From the NCBI GenBank assembly GCA_002269645.1, contig NIVC01000051.1, forward strand, positions 186,001 through 250,000: a stretch of DNA of 64,000 nucleotides, in the 5' to 3' direction. Positions 1 to 12,985 of the stretch are shown here, in pieces. This DNA is from Macrostomum lignano. Its lineage: Eukaryota. A model generated the notes under the pieces. That model had not been told where the DNA came from. It saw only the letters and a program-made list of their open reading frames with translations, and did no database searches. The first letter of the stretch is position 1. Each line of letters starts with the position of its first letter. Made by a program: the position numbers and the translations under genes.

Positions 1-484
1 TGCAGAAGACAATAAAAAATCTGTTTTTTCACACAACTACTGAGCAGACCGCTAGTAAAAACAATGCTTTTCGCTATTTATAGTCACACTTTATTTCTGT
101 CTGCAGTCCATTGTTCTACTGGATTGGGCATCCTTTCAATTTTTCATGCTCCGAGTAAACATGACCGCTGGGCTGGGCGGCTCCCGGGGGGGGGGGGTTT
201 ATGACCGCCAGCGAGATCAAAATTAGCGCGGCTACTAAATCTTTATTCATTGTCGGCCCTGTCTGAATCAATATTGATCAGCCGATGTGGTCCGCTAAAA
301 CCCTAGCTGATGATGAAAATGAAGCTCATGGTCTCAGAGGGGTTTGGTTCGTAATCAATTATTTAGTCATGACTAAACTGAACTGCTTCCATTATTGTCT
401 AAAAAGATTTGCGACCTGCCTGCTATATATTTGGGATTTTAACCGACAACTGGACGTTGCAGAGAAATCGCCAATCGGACAAAA

Positions 485-1218
<734 letters not shown>

Positions 1219-1830
1219 TGACGAGGCGTCAAGACAGCTGAGGTCGATGGAAACTTAACCGAAAAAAAAAATTTAAGCAGCGATAAGATTGTCTTTAAAA
1301 ACATTCTACTCTTCTTCTTTTCTCGGACAGAAACCGCTGAGAAGTGTCTGCAGTTCGATAGAATTAATAATACAATGTGAATTGTTCTAAGCAAACATTG
1401 CTGTCTGAGCACATCGCTTCAACTTCGAATTTGCGATTCCCAACTTATTGTTGATAAAATGGGGTCAGGTTTTGTTTTATCGTTAAAATATTAGCTGAAG
1501 ATCATGGTAATAGAAATAAATTTCTTGAAATCTGACTTAAGGAGCATCGCAGCAATATTTAGTCCCAATTGCGTTAGTGAATTACCTCATTTCTCCGTGT
1601 CCAATTTCTTTAAGTATAAAGACTGAGATAAGCCTTTTTAATATTGAATGAACGAGTTACCAGTTAGTTTGCTTTAATTAACAAGCTGCAGTTGAGTCCT
1701 GTACGCGGTTGCCATGTTGCTCCCAGGAATTTTGAGTTCACATCGCTCACATGTCACAAGACTGAAATATCGAAGGTTGATAGGTTGAAATATCAGATCT
1801 GTGACAACATTTGAGCTCACAAGGTTGACT

Positions 1831-2712
1831 CACTGGGTGTTCCAGTGACTGGGTTCCAGTGACTGAGTTCCAATGAATGGGTTCCAATGACTGGATTCCA
1901 ATGACTGGGTTCCAGTGACTGAGTTCTAATGACTGGGTTCCAGTGACTGAGTTCCAATGAATGGGTTCCAGTGACTGGGTTCCAATGACTGGGTTCCAGT
2001 GACTGAGTTCCAATGAATGGGTTCCAATGACTGGATTCCAATGACTGGGTTCCAGTGACTGAGTTCCAGTGACTGAGTTCCAATGACTGGGTGTCAATGA
2101 CTGGGTTCTAATGTTCCAGTGACTGAGTTCCAATGACTGGGTTCCAGTGACTGGGTTCCAGTAACTGGGTGTCAATGACTGGGTTCCAGTGACTGAGTTC
2201 CAGTGACTGAGTTCCAATGACTGGGTTCCAGTGACTGGGTTCCAATGACTGGGTTCCAGTGACTGAGTTCCAATGACTGAGTGTCAATGACTGGGTTCCA
2301 GTGACTGAGTTCCAATGACTGGGTGTCAATGGCTGGGTTCCAGTGACTGGGTTCCAATGACTGGGTTCCAGTGACTGGGTTCCAATGACTGGGTTCCAGT
2401 GACTGGGTTCCAATGACTGGGTTCCAGTGACTGAGTTCTAATGACTGGGTTCCAGTGACTGAGTTCCAATGACTGGGTTCCAATGACTGGGTTCCAGTGA
2501 CTGGGTTCTGATGATTGGGTTCTAGTGACTGGGTTCCAATGACTGGGTTCCAATGACTGGGTTCCAATGACTGGGTTTCAATGACTGGGTTCCAATGACT
2601 GGGTTCCAATGACTGGGTTTCAATGACTGAGTTCCAATGACTGAGTTCCAATGACTGGGTTCCAGTGACTGGGTTCTGATGATTGGGTTCCAGTGACTGG
2701 GTTCCAATGACT
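1831..2712. repeat. 14-bp minisatellite (GACTGGGTTCCAAT / GACTGAGTTCCAGT variants)
   Basis: Visible tandem units; source of the SLEPSHWNPV-type artefact ORFs. Confidence 0.95.
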
Positions 2713-3788
2713 CTGCGTTGTCTCAAAATTGAGCCTTGAGCCAATGCCATCGGCATCCAAAATTTTGACTTCATGCAGCATCCCGAAAGGTGCATATTTG
2801 ATGAAGAACTGATAAACCCGTGTACTCGCCGAGATAGAGCGGATTGGGGAGGGTGTTTCACTTCAACCGCAACTTCACTTCGAAAGTGGATGCTTAAAAC
2901 TGATGTGAAATTTAGGTCATGGGAAAGCGTCCCAGAGATGTGCGTATTGTTTGCTGTCAAATTGGCTTTCATACCTGTACATTGTAGTTAATCCCTGGAT
3001 TAAATTCAACTTCGTATCCATGCACTCATATTAGACCTGTTGATGATGGCATGCTGACGCAGGAGAGGCGGAGAGAGAGAGAGAAAGAGAGAGAGGGAGT
3101 TCAGATTCTGAAGAAGGCGCATGTTGGCACGTGCCAAATACAATTTCTAGTGCTGTTTGCTCAGGCCCAGATGCTCGAGAACTAATGTTAGCTCACCTGT
3201 CTACCTGTTCGCTACTTGCTAATGAGCTATATGCTTTTAGTACTAGAAACACCTTATCATTATTGCAACTATACGAAGTAAACTTGGCCGCTTTCAATAG
3301 CAATAGTGAAATTTTCTATTTTGCTTCAACTTTTCTCGACTTCTTGTCTCTGCTTTTATTTGGAGTTCTAAAGTTCCCCAACTACATTAGCTGATTGTAG
3401 CTGATGTCTGTCTTAGTTTTTGCCAGTCTCTCAAATTTCAAAGACTCATGAGGTATGCTTATCACCAAAATAATTTTTTTAAAAGGCCTCTTGGCACTTT
3501 GGTAACATCGTCCTAGCATACAATGCTGTACGCAGCATTTGAGGGGTGAATTGGCCCTCAGGTGCATAACCAATTTTCATGCACACAAGCACTTTAAAGG
3601 CCTTTGGAAACAGTGGTCTTCTATCTATCTCCTCAGCTGCTTTTTTAAAAGACGGTTTTTTTAGATGAAATCCGAAACTGTCTTCAGTTTTGCTTTTTTT
3701 GCCTGTCTCCAAAAATAACTTCTCAGAGACAAACTTGCGGATCAAGATTTGGCCAGGGCGTGCCTGCTGCAGTGTTTATGTACCACAT

Positions 3789-4055
3789 TGAAGCGGGCAG
3801 TAGCTACTGCGTGCAGACTTGAAATTGTATTTGCGGAGAGCAAAAGGTTCTTACAAGCGTCTGCGCACAATCAGGTTAAATAGGCCAACGCGCTAGTTAG
3901 TCAGTCAACCCCAACCCCCACTTAGCTCAGGCTGGGTGGGCGAACCCCCACCCCTAATCTCCGGGGTTGGTGGCGCATAGACGCGGCGTGATGAGCAGGG
4001 AGCGCGAGGGCATCTAAACGGCCGTCTTCAGGTGTGCTTGCACTTGTCCGCCACA
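3789..4055 (-). repeat. 3' LTR of the Gypsy element
   Basis: Direct repeat of 7882-8148; preceded on the minus strand by the purine tract GGGGGGGAG (plus 4059-4067). Confidence 0.97.
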
Positions 4056-7000
4056 CGGCTCCCCCCCAGCGGTGGCCTCCGGTACTCGACGGCAACGGCG
4101 GCGTGGCTGGCGGCGCCGCGGCGGGCGGCGGCGCAGCGGTTCGGCCGTCGCGGCGCCCGGGACGGTGGGCTCACGCGGTGGGCGCCCCCTTGGCCGAATT
4201 TGAGGCGTCGAAACCGGGCTCGCAGGGTCAAGCGCCGCTGGCTTGAGCCGGTCCACCGACACGAAGTCCCGCCTAGTGACGAGGTCGAGGAGGAAAGCCT
4301 TAGCGCCGCGCTCCAGCACCTTGAAGGGACCTAGATAAGGCGGTTGCAGCGCCGGTCGGTGCCCGTCGCGGCGGACGAAGACGTGCGTGCAGGTGTCCAA
4401 GACAGCAGGCAGGGCGGTGGGGCGGCGGCCATGCTGGGAGGTTGGTGGCGGGCGGAAAGCCTGCACGGCTTGGCGCAGGCGCGCGAGGAACCCGTCATGG
4501 CCCGTAGGCGAGCTGGTCTGCAGACACTCGCCCGGCACCGCCAGTGGGACTCCGTACACCAACTCCGCCGATGACGTGCCGAGATCCTCCTTGGGAGCGG
4601 TGCGGATGCCGAGCAACACCCAGGGCAGCTCGGCAGTCCAGGACGGCCCCGTCAGCCGCGCCATCAGGGAAGCCTTGAGCTGCCGGTGGAACCGCTCCAC
4701 AAGCCCGTTGGCCTGTGGGTGGAAGGCCGTCGTCTGGTGCAGCTGCGTGCCAAGCAAGCGGGACACGTTGGACCACAGCTCCGAGGTGAACTGCGGGCCG
4801 CGGTCTGACGTGAGGTCGCTTGGCACACCGAAACGGGCAATCCAGTGCGCGATGAATGCGGCCGCACAGGTAGCGGCGGACGTGTCTGCCAGCGGAATTG
4901 CTTCCGGCCAACGCGTGAACCGGTCGACAACGGTCAGCAGGTGCGAGCACCCTTGAGAGTGCGGAAGCGGGCCCACCAGGTCGATGTGCACGTGCGCGAA
5001 GCGGTCGCGGGGCACCGGGATGCTGTCTGGCGGGCTGACAACATGCTGCTGGACCTTAGTCGTCTGGCAGGCGAGGCAGCTGCGAGCCCAACGGCCGACG
5101 TCGCGGTTGAGGCCGGGCCAGACGAAACGGTCTGCAACGAGGCGGCGGGAGCTGCGGATTGATGGGTGCGCAAGGCCGTGGATGGCGTCGAACACCGGCC
5201 GTCGAAATTCGGGCGGCACCAGCGGGCGGGATGGCCGGTGGAGACGTCGCAGAGCAGCTCCAGGCCTGGGCGGAGGGTCACGCGCTCCAGTCGGAGGCCG
5301 GAGCCGGGCGGCGGCAACTCGGTCGGGGCATGCTGGGCCTGCGACATCGCTGCAAAATCGATGCCGGGTAGCACGCTGGCCACGGTGCAGCGGGACAGCG
5401 CGTCGGCCACCGGATTGTTTTTGCCGGCGATGTGCTGGACGTCCGTGGTGAATTCGCTCACGTACGCCAGGTGCCGCTGCTGCCGAGCGGACCACGGGTC
5501 GGACAGCTTGGCCATGGCGGCGGCCAACGGCTTGTGGTCCGTGTAGGCTGTGAAGTGGCGCCCCTCAAGGAGGTAACGGAAGTGGCGGACCGCTAGGTAC
5601 AGTGCCAGGAGCTCGCGGTCGAAGGCACTGTACTTTACCTCCGCAGGTCGCAACTGCCGGCTGAAGAATGCGAGCGGCTGCCAGGCGGGGCCGACACGCT
5701 GCTCGAGGACGGCGCCCACGGCGGTGTCAGAAGCATCTACGGTGAGGGCCAGCGGCGCGTCGGGCCTGGGGTGCGCCAGCATGGTCGCGTCGGCCAGCGC
5801 CTGCTTGGTCTTGTCGAAGGCCTCGGTCAGCTCCGGCGTCCACCGCACCAGCTTCTCCTTGCCGGCCATGGCCTGGTAGATCGGGCGCAGCAACCGGGCT
5901 GCGCCGGGCACGAAGCGGTGATAGAAGTTCACCATGCCGGCAAACTCCTGGAGACCCTTCACCGTCGTGGGCGGCGCGAACCTGGCGACTGCGTCGACCT
6001 TGTCCGGCAGCGGCATGGCGCCCGCAGCGCTGATCCTGTGGCCGAGGAAATCGATCTCGCTGCGGCCAAACTGGCACTTGGCTGGGTTGAGCAACAGGCC
6101 GTTGTCGGCGAGGCGCTGGAACAGCTTCCGCAGGTGCTCCTCGTGCTGCTCGGGGCTGCTGCTGGCGACCAGGAAATCGTCGATGTACGCGAAGACGGCC
6201 GGCAGGTCCTGGCAGATAGAATCTACTAACCGCTGGAAGGCCTGTGCCGCATTTTTCAACCCGAACGGCATGCGGAGGAACTCAAACAACCCAAACGGTG
6301 TAATGACGGCGGTCTTCGGGATGTCCGTTTGCGCGACCGGGATCTGGTGGTAGCCCCGCACCAGGTCGATCTTCGAGAACACTGTGCAGCCGCTCAGGCG
6401 CGCTGAGAAATCCTGGATATGCGGCACGGGGTAGCGGTCGGGCACCGTGGCGTCATTGAGCCGCCGGAAATCGCCGCAGGGCCGCCAACCGCCGGAAGTC
6501 TTGGGCACCATGTGCAGCGGCGAGGACCAGGGGCTGCTGGACCGCCGCACAATGCCGAGCTGCTCCAGGTTGCGAAACTCTTCCTTGGCCGCGGCCAGCT
6601 TGTCGGGCGGCAGGCGGCGCGCTCTAGCGTGCACCGGCGGGCCCGTCGTCGGGATGTAGTGCTCCACGCCGTGCCGCGGCGTGGCTTTGCTGAAACTGGG
6701 CTCCGTGATGCTGGGGAACTCCGCCAGCAGCCGGCTGTACGGGTCCCTGGCAACCGCGGCGGCGAGCTGAGGCGCAGAACCGGAGCCAGCCAGCAATTGC
6801 ACACTGGCCAGGGAGGCGGCGTCCAGAAGGCGGCGGTTGGGCAGGTCCACCAGCAGGCCGTGGTGGCGCAGGAAGTCGGCGCCGATCAACGGCCGGGAGA
6901 CCTCGGCCAACACGAATGGCCAGGTGCAGGTCTTCAGGCCGACGTCCAGTGTGATGCTGCGGCCGCCGAAGGTTCGGATGCGGGTGCCGTTCGCGGCGAA

Positions 7001-7192
7001 CAGCGGCGGGCCAGGTGAACGGGCGCGGGCATCATCTGCAGAGGCTGGGAAAATGCTTACCTCGGCGCCTGTGTCCACCAGGAACCGCCGGCCGGATGGG
7101 ACGTCGGGGATGAGCAGCAGGTTGCCGGCCGCCGCGATGGTCACTGGCGGCCGGCCGGCCCGTTTCCCGGAAAGCTGCAGGGCTGCTCGCAT
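4014..7192 (-). CDS. pol: Gypsy pol polyprotein (protease, RT, RNase H, integrase), split by a 1-nt frameshift near 5228-5230
   Basis: ORF 4934-7192: protease LVDTGA, RT KIDL..YHQ, PFGLKNA and YIDD, RNase H TVDASD..ELLA. ORF 4014-5495: integrase IHGLAH..CLAC, HIDLVG..SDRG..GLVERFH and GPF motif. Confidence 0.93.
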
Positions 7193-7845
7193 TGCCTAGC
7201 CTTCGCGCCGAACTTGCGGTGGAAGTAGCACAGCTCCTGGGCGCGGGTGCCGCGGTGCCCAGGCCGGGGCGACGTGGTGCGGGGACGCGCAGCCTGACGC
7301 GCAGCGCAAACCTCCGGCGGACCTGCCGACTGGGCGGAAGCGGCCACTGGCTGGGGACGGCTGGCCCAGAGCTGGTCGGCGAGCTGCGCGACTGCCCGGG
7401 GGTCTTCGAAGTCGGCGGATGCGAGCGCCATCCGGATGTCCACGGGCAGCTGCTGGCGGAACAGCTCCTCAAAGAGCAGGCAAGGCCGGTGATCACCAAG
7501 CAGGGCCAGCATCTCGTCCATCATCTCGGACGGCCGGCGATCTCCCAGGCCGGACATGCTGAGCAAACGGCTAGCTCGCTGCTGCCGGGTGAGACTGAAA
7601 GTGCCGAGCAGGCGCCCTTTCAGTTTGCCGTATTTGTCCTCGCTCGGAGGGCTTTCCAGAACGTCCAGCAGGCGCTCGGCGGTTTGTTGATCAAGCGAGG
7701 CGACCAAGTGGTGATACTTGGTGTCATCCTGGGTGATGCCGCGCAGCTGGAACTGGGCCTCTGCCTGGATGAACCACGCGCGTGGCTGCATGGCCCAAAA
7801 CGTGGGCAGCTTGAGTGCAACAGTTGACTCAGTGGGTGGCGCCAT
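7141..7845 (-). CDS. gag: Gypsy gag, 234 aa
   Basis: N-terminal [18 protein letters not shown] and C-terminal [16 protein letters not shown] Cys/His motif, both typical of invertebrate Gypsy gag. Overlaps pol in the -1 frame. Confidence 0.92.
   Translation of the reverse strand: MAPPTESTVALKLPTFWAMQPRAWFIQAEAQFQLRGITQDDTKYHHLVASLDQQTAERLLDVLESPPSEDKYGKLKGRLLGTFSLTRQQRASRLLSMSGLGDRRPSEMMDEMLALLGDHRPCLLFEELFRQQLPVDIRMALASADFEDPRAVAQLADQLWASRPQPVAASAQSAGPPEVCAARQAARPRTTSPRPGHRGTRAQELCYFHRKFGAKARQCEQPCSFPGNGPAGRQ
7162..7168 (-). promoter_or_regulatory. -1 ribosomal frameshift slippery site G GGA AAC between gag and pol
   Basis: The heptamer is in the gag reading frame (ccG GGA AAC). A -1 slip enters the pol frame (GGG AAA). 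A GC-rich stretch follows. Confidence 0.8.
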
Positions 7846-7867
7846 GTGTTAGACGAAATGGCGGGTT

Positions 7868-7880
7868 GTCGGGCTCACCA
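7868..7880 (-). promoter_or_regulatory. Primer-binding site, tRNA-Trp-like
   Basis: Minus strand TGGTGAGCCCGAC lies 1 nt inside the 5' LTR. It matches the tRNA-Trp PBS as I recall it (TGGTGACCCCGAC) at 12/13. Confidence 0.7.
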
Positions 7881-7881
7881 A

Positions 7882-8148
7882 TGAAGCGGGCAGTAGCTAC
7901 TGCGTGCAGACTTGAAATTGTATTTGCGGAGAGCAAAAGGTTCTTACAAGCGTCTGCGCACAATCAGGTTAAATAGGCCAACGCGCTAGTTAGTCAGTCA
8001 ACCCCAACCCCCACGTAGCTCAGGCTGGGTGGGCGAACCCCCACCCCTAATCTCCGGGGTTGGTGGCGCATAGACGCGGCGTGATGAGCAGGGAGCGCGA
8101 GGGCATCTAAACGGCCGTCTTCAGGTGTGCTTGCACTTGTCCGCCACA
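7882..8148 (-). repeat. 5' LTR of the Gypsy element
   Basis: Direct repeat of 3789-4055 with a single T/G difference. Confidence 0.97.
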
Positions 8149-8795
8149 ACATTTTATCAATATTTTCGTGTTATTTGCACTTTATTTTAACATTTCGAAA
8201 AATTTTCCGCCTGAGTCTTGCCGGGGTAAAAAAAAAATTTTGTTTGCATTGCATCATAGTTGATGAGTATCTGTGCCTGTTGTATCGCATCTCAGTTGAT
8301 GGGCATCTCTCTCTCTCCCGCTCTCTCTCTCTCTCGATTTCGTGTGACAATAATCCATGGGATAAGGATTACGGCGCATTGTGTCAGTACCCTCTCCTCC
8401 CGCGGCCAACTTCCGCTTGAGTGGGCGTTTGAGCATGCCGGATTGCCTCTTCTTCTCCTATCTGTCGACGTATTCGAAGGTAGTCTAAATTTAGCTGGCT
8501 GACTATCAATAACTGCAGTGCACGAGCAGACGGCAGAGATCTACTCCGGATGACACACTTCTGTCGCAATCTCGCGTTGCAATATCTTATTACGGTATTC
8601 ATTGATGCGAAGACTTCTGCGGCAGTGAAGATTACCTTTTTATCTCTCGATAATGCCATGAGTTGACGCGAGGAGTGATGTGAAAAAAATTGTTTCTACT
8701 GTTCGATATTTTGAGTTCTTTAAGTTTTGCTGCTTACAATTCTTTGATATAAATGATTTGTGCTTTTCCACTGCTGTGTCTGATATTTTCCAACT

Positions 8796-9830
8796 CTTAT
8801 CAATAGGTACTGACAACCCTTATCAATAGGTACTGACAACCCTTATCAACAGGTACTGACAACCCTTATCAATAGGTATTGACAACCATTATCAATAGGT
8901 ACTGACAACCCTTATCAATAGGTACTGACAACCCTTATCAATAGGTACTGACAACCGTTATCAATAGGTACTGACAACCATTATCAATAGGTACTGACAA
9001 CCCTTATCAATAGGTACTGACAACCATTATCAATAGGTACTGACAACCCTTATCAATAGGTACTGACAACCATTATCAATAGGTACTGACAACCATTATC
9101 AATAGGTACTGACAACCATTATCAATAGGTATTGACAACCATTATCAATAGGTACTGACAACCCTTATCAATAGGTACTGACAACCCTTATCAATAGGTA
9201 CTGACAACCCTTATCAATAGGTATTGACAACCCTTATCTATAGGTACTGACAACCCTTATCAATAAGTAATGAAAACCCTTATCTATAGGTATTGACAAC
9301 CCTTATCAATAGGTATTGACAACCATTATCAATAGGTACTGACAACCCTTATCAATAGGTACTGACAACCGTTATCAATAGGTACTGACAACCATTATCA
9401 ATAGGTACTGACAACCATTATCAATAGGTACTGACAACCCTTATCAATAGGTACTGACAACCATTATCAATAGGTACTGACAACCCTTATCAATAGGTAC
9501 TGACAACCCTTATCAATAGGTACTGACAACCCTTATCAATAGGTACTGACAACCATTATCAATAGGTACTGACAACCCTTATCAATAGGTACTGACAACC
9601 ATTATCAATAGGTATTGACAACCCTTATCAATGGTACTGACAACCCTTATCAATAGGTGCTGACAGCCCTTATCAATAGGTGCTGACAACCCTTATCAAT
9701 AGGTACTGACAAGCCTTATCAATAGGTATACTGACAACCCTTATTAATAGGTACTGACAACCCTTATTAATAGGTACTGACAATCCTTATTAATAGGTAT
9801 ACTGACAACCCTTGTCAATAGGAGGTACTG
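8796..9830. repeat. 23-bp minisatellite (CTTATCAATAGGTACTGACAACC)
   Basis: Visible tandem units. Confidence 0.96.
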
Positions 9831-10682
9831 CAATATATACGCTTATAAGGAGATTAATAATCAAACAATGCTACTTGAAGTAGCAGCTCAAGTATATGAC
9901 GAATAGAAATGCCTGGGCTGGACGAGAAATTATACCTTGAAATAATATTTTCATTCAAATATCAGATTTCCTTTGTCTGGGCCAGTTCGTAAATTCAACT
10001 CAAAGCAAAGCAAAGCCACTTCTAGAAACTCAAAAACTGCTGCAGTTGAGAAGTGAAGTTCTCTCTCAAGTGCTGCAGCTCTTACGCATACAATTTTTAT
10101 TAGAAATTTGATCATGCTCAACTTGCGAGGTTAGTATATAGAAAAGCAAGCAACTGACTCTTCTAACGTCACTAATACGAGTTGACCGGTTGAGGGAAGT
10201 CAACACAATTGAATGAGTTGAAGCAGGAGAGGTCCTTGAGGGGAGTCCAGCACTCGTGCACGCTCAAACAACAGTGGTTCGACAGGTCAGTAAGTGTGTT
10301 TGGTACATGAATGTAAAATTTACTTGACCCCGAGTGCGGCCACATTCATTTGGGGCTTCTGGGCAAGACAATTGGTTTTTACACCTGAGGACCAACCCCC
10401 AAGGCACAGAGAGAGAGTACATGCTCGACGATTAGAAAGTCAGAAATTTTTCACGGTGGGGGGTACAACTGGTGAGGCTATACTGCTTCTCAGTATTGCG
10501 TAAGGTAACTTTCATAAACTTCATAACTTCAGCTTCCTCAACTGATTGTTAACAGGGGATAATTGATGGATTCAAAGATCGAAAATATAGTATACAAACA
10601 AAGATATCGGTAAAAATTATACTGCTCAAGTGCGGTTTATCCTACCAGTTCTATCCCAGTTTTATATGAGTACTATAATTGT

Positions 10683-11758
10683 TTAGCGCCACAGGTACTC
10701 ATTTTAGCGCCGCAGGCACTCATTTTAGCGCCGCAGGCACTCATTTTAGCGCTGCAGGCACTCATTTTAGCGCCGCAGACACTCATTTTAGCGCCGCAGG
10801 CACTCATTTTAGCGCTGCAGACACTCATTTTAGCACCGCAGGCACTCATTTTAGCGCCGCAGGCACTCATTAGCGCCGCAGGCACTCATTTTAGCGCCGC
10901 AGGCACTCATTTTAGCACCGCAGGCACTCATTTTAGCGCCGCAGGCCCTCATTTTAGCGCCGCAGGCACTCATTTTAGCGCCGCAGGCACTCATTTTAGC
11001 GCCGCAGGCACTCATTTTAGCGCCGCAGGCACTCATTTTAGCGCTGCAGGCACTCATTTTGGCGCCGTAGGCACTCATTTTTGCGCTGCAGGCACTCATT
11101 TTAGCGCCGCAGGCAGTCATTTTAGCGCTGCAGGCACTCATTTTAGAGCTGCTGGCACTCATTTTAGCGCCGCAGGCACTCATTTTAGCGCTGCAGGCAC
11201 TCATTTTGGCGCCGCAGGCACTCATTTTGGCGCCGCAGGCACTCATTTTAGAGCCACAGGCACTCATTTTAGCGTCGCAGGCACTCATTTTAGCGCCGCA
11301 GGCACTCATTTTAGCGCCGCAGGCACTCATTTTAGCGCCGCAGGCACTCATTTTAGCGCTGCAGGCACTCATTTTAGCGCCGCAGGCACTCATTTTAGCG
11401 CCGCAGGCACTCATTTTAGCGCCGTAGACACTCATTTTAGCGCTGCAGGCACTCATTTTAGCGTCGCAGGCACTCATTTTAGCGCCGCAGGCACTCATTT
11501 TAGCGTCGCAGGCACTCATTTTAGCGCCGCAGGCACTCATTTTAGCGCCGCAGGCACTCATTTTAGCGTCGCAGGCACTCATTTTAGCGCCGCAGGCACT
11601 CATTTTAGCGCTGCAGGCACTCATTTTAGCGCTGCTGCTACTCATTTTGGCGTCGCAGGCACTCATTTTAGCGCTGCTGCTACTCATTTTGGCGTCGCAG
11701 GCACTCATTTTAGCGCCGCAGGCACTCATTTTGGCACCGCAGGCACTCATTTTAGCGC
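10683..11758. repeat. 21-bp minisatellite (TTTTAGCGCCGCAGGCACTCA)
   Basis: Visible tandem units; source of the MSACGAK artefact ORF. Confidence 0.96.
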
Positions 11759-12985
11759 TGCCTCGATTTCATTGCTCAACTAAAAAAAGCTTTTCAAGAA
11801 AGGGAAACAGTTTAGTTTGAATGGCCATTCATCAAGCAGTCAATTGGAAGCATTTAATGTGTATTGACTGAGGCTTAAGCTTGGAATTATAGTTGCAGTA
11901 TATACTACTGATGGTTTATTTAAGTATGAAATGGAAACTTTTCAATACAGATGCACACTTAAGGCACAGTGTGTACATAGATATCTTATTTGCAAGACAG
12001 TGTACATGCAAGCATGATGGGAGAGAAAGGGACGCTTCAGCAATTTTTTTCTTCAGTTTAGTAAAATTTTGTCATTACATGCAGAAGTTTTTATTACGCT
12101 AACATCGAGCTGCCTGTTTAATAGTGCCTGCTGTACTTGTACATACTGGTAGAGACAAAAATACGATAGTGCGAGTCAAAGCGCTTTTAAGAATTAAGGA
12201 TTAGCAATACAAAGTCAGAATTCAATTCAAGAGGTAGCCATCCCACCAGCGTCTGATCTTAGGGAGTCCCTATGGATCTTAGGGAGGCTCAGATCAAGGT
12301 AAGGGCCGCTAGGATTTTAAAAGAATTTTTAGATGAGACTTCACAGTTCTTTCTCGAGTTTCAGAGGGAGCTGCACTAGATTTTCTTAGAAATTCTTAGT
12401 ACGCTGTGGAGTAATAAGATTATTCTCAACCACTCAGCACATTTGCGTGTAAGCTACTTTCAGTTCAGTAGTAAGTTAAACTGAAGCATTTTAATGTATT
12501 TTTGAAGACAAAGTTCGTTTATTGGCTCTTACCCCCCACTTAAACCTCCAACCGCGCCTTTCCACACTCCCCGACCCGCCCCAATTTTTATTGCCTTTCT
12601 CGGAATTCCAGCCTAAAGCTGCCATGTACATTTCAGTGACTAAATGCACATTATTGCTGAACCAATTAGCAAGCTGTTTACGCCTGCAAGCTTGGGCTTC
12701 TAAACTTATCAAATTCATTTCAGTTGCCTTTATTCTTATAAAATCGCTTATGTATTCTTCTTTGCTACTGAACTGGAAGTAAAAAGCTGTTTTACTAAGT
12801 ATCTATGCCACAGTGGCCCATCCAGCTATATATTTTAGTATCTGTGTTCTCAACCGAATTTGTTTTTAAGGCAAAACCCATACTAAATGCACTACTAGCG
12901 ACACGACAAATATTTCTAGGAGTATCCAGTGCAAGCTTCATTCACTTCCTCATTCAGTTGTCCATGAGCCACTGATGTAGTTCAA

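Larger units (their letters stand above)
3789..8148 (-). mobile_element. Full-length Ty3/Gypsy LTR retrotransposon, 4360 bp, recent insertion
   Basis: 267-bp TG..CA LTRs at 3789-4055 and 7882-8148 with one mismatch. 4-bp TSD ACAT (3785-3788, 8149-8152). gag, then pol in PR-RT-RH-IN order. PBS and G-rich PPT adjacent to the LTRs. Confidence 0.97.

Noticed and set aside
1747-2972. SLEPSHWNPV ORFs, and similar ORFs at 10673-11750, 16067-17838, 18349-20617, 22169-23017, 25154-25497, 35825-36311, 37657-38370, 40460-40999, 51145-52047, 53586-54626, 61519-62559 and 63266-63852
   Set aside because: They coincide with tandem arrays, are open in several frames or on both strands, and mostly lie inside introns.
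4032-7827. Plus-strand and off-frame ORFs within the Gypsy element
   Set aside because: Shadow ORFs of GC-rich coding sequence; no motifs.
8384-8659. 91-aa minus-strand ORF MALSRDKK.., and ORFs at 2773-2991, 3479-3745 and 14263-14493
   Set aside because: No recognisable motif or convincing splice context; cannot be supported without homology or expression data.
8796-9830. CRISPR-like appearance of 20-42-bp repeat arrays
   Set aside because: Units are head-to-tail with no unique spacers, there are no cas genes, and the context is eukaryotic.
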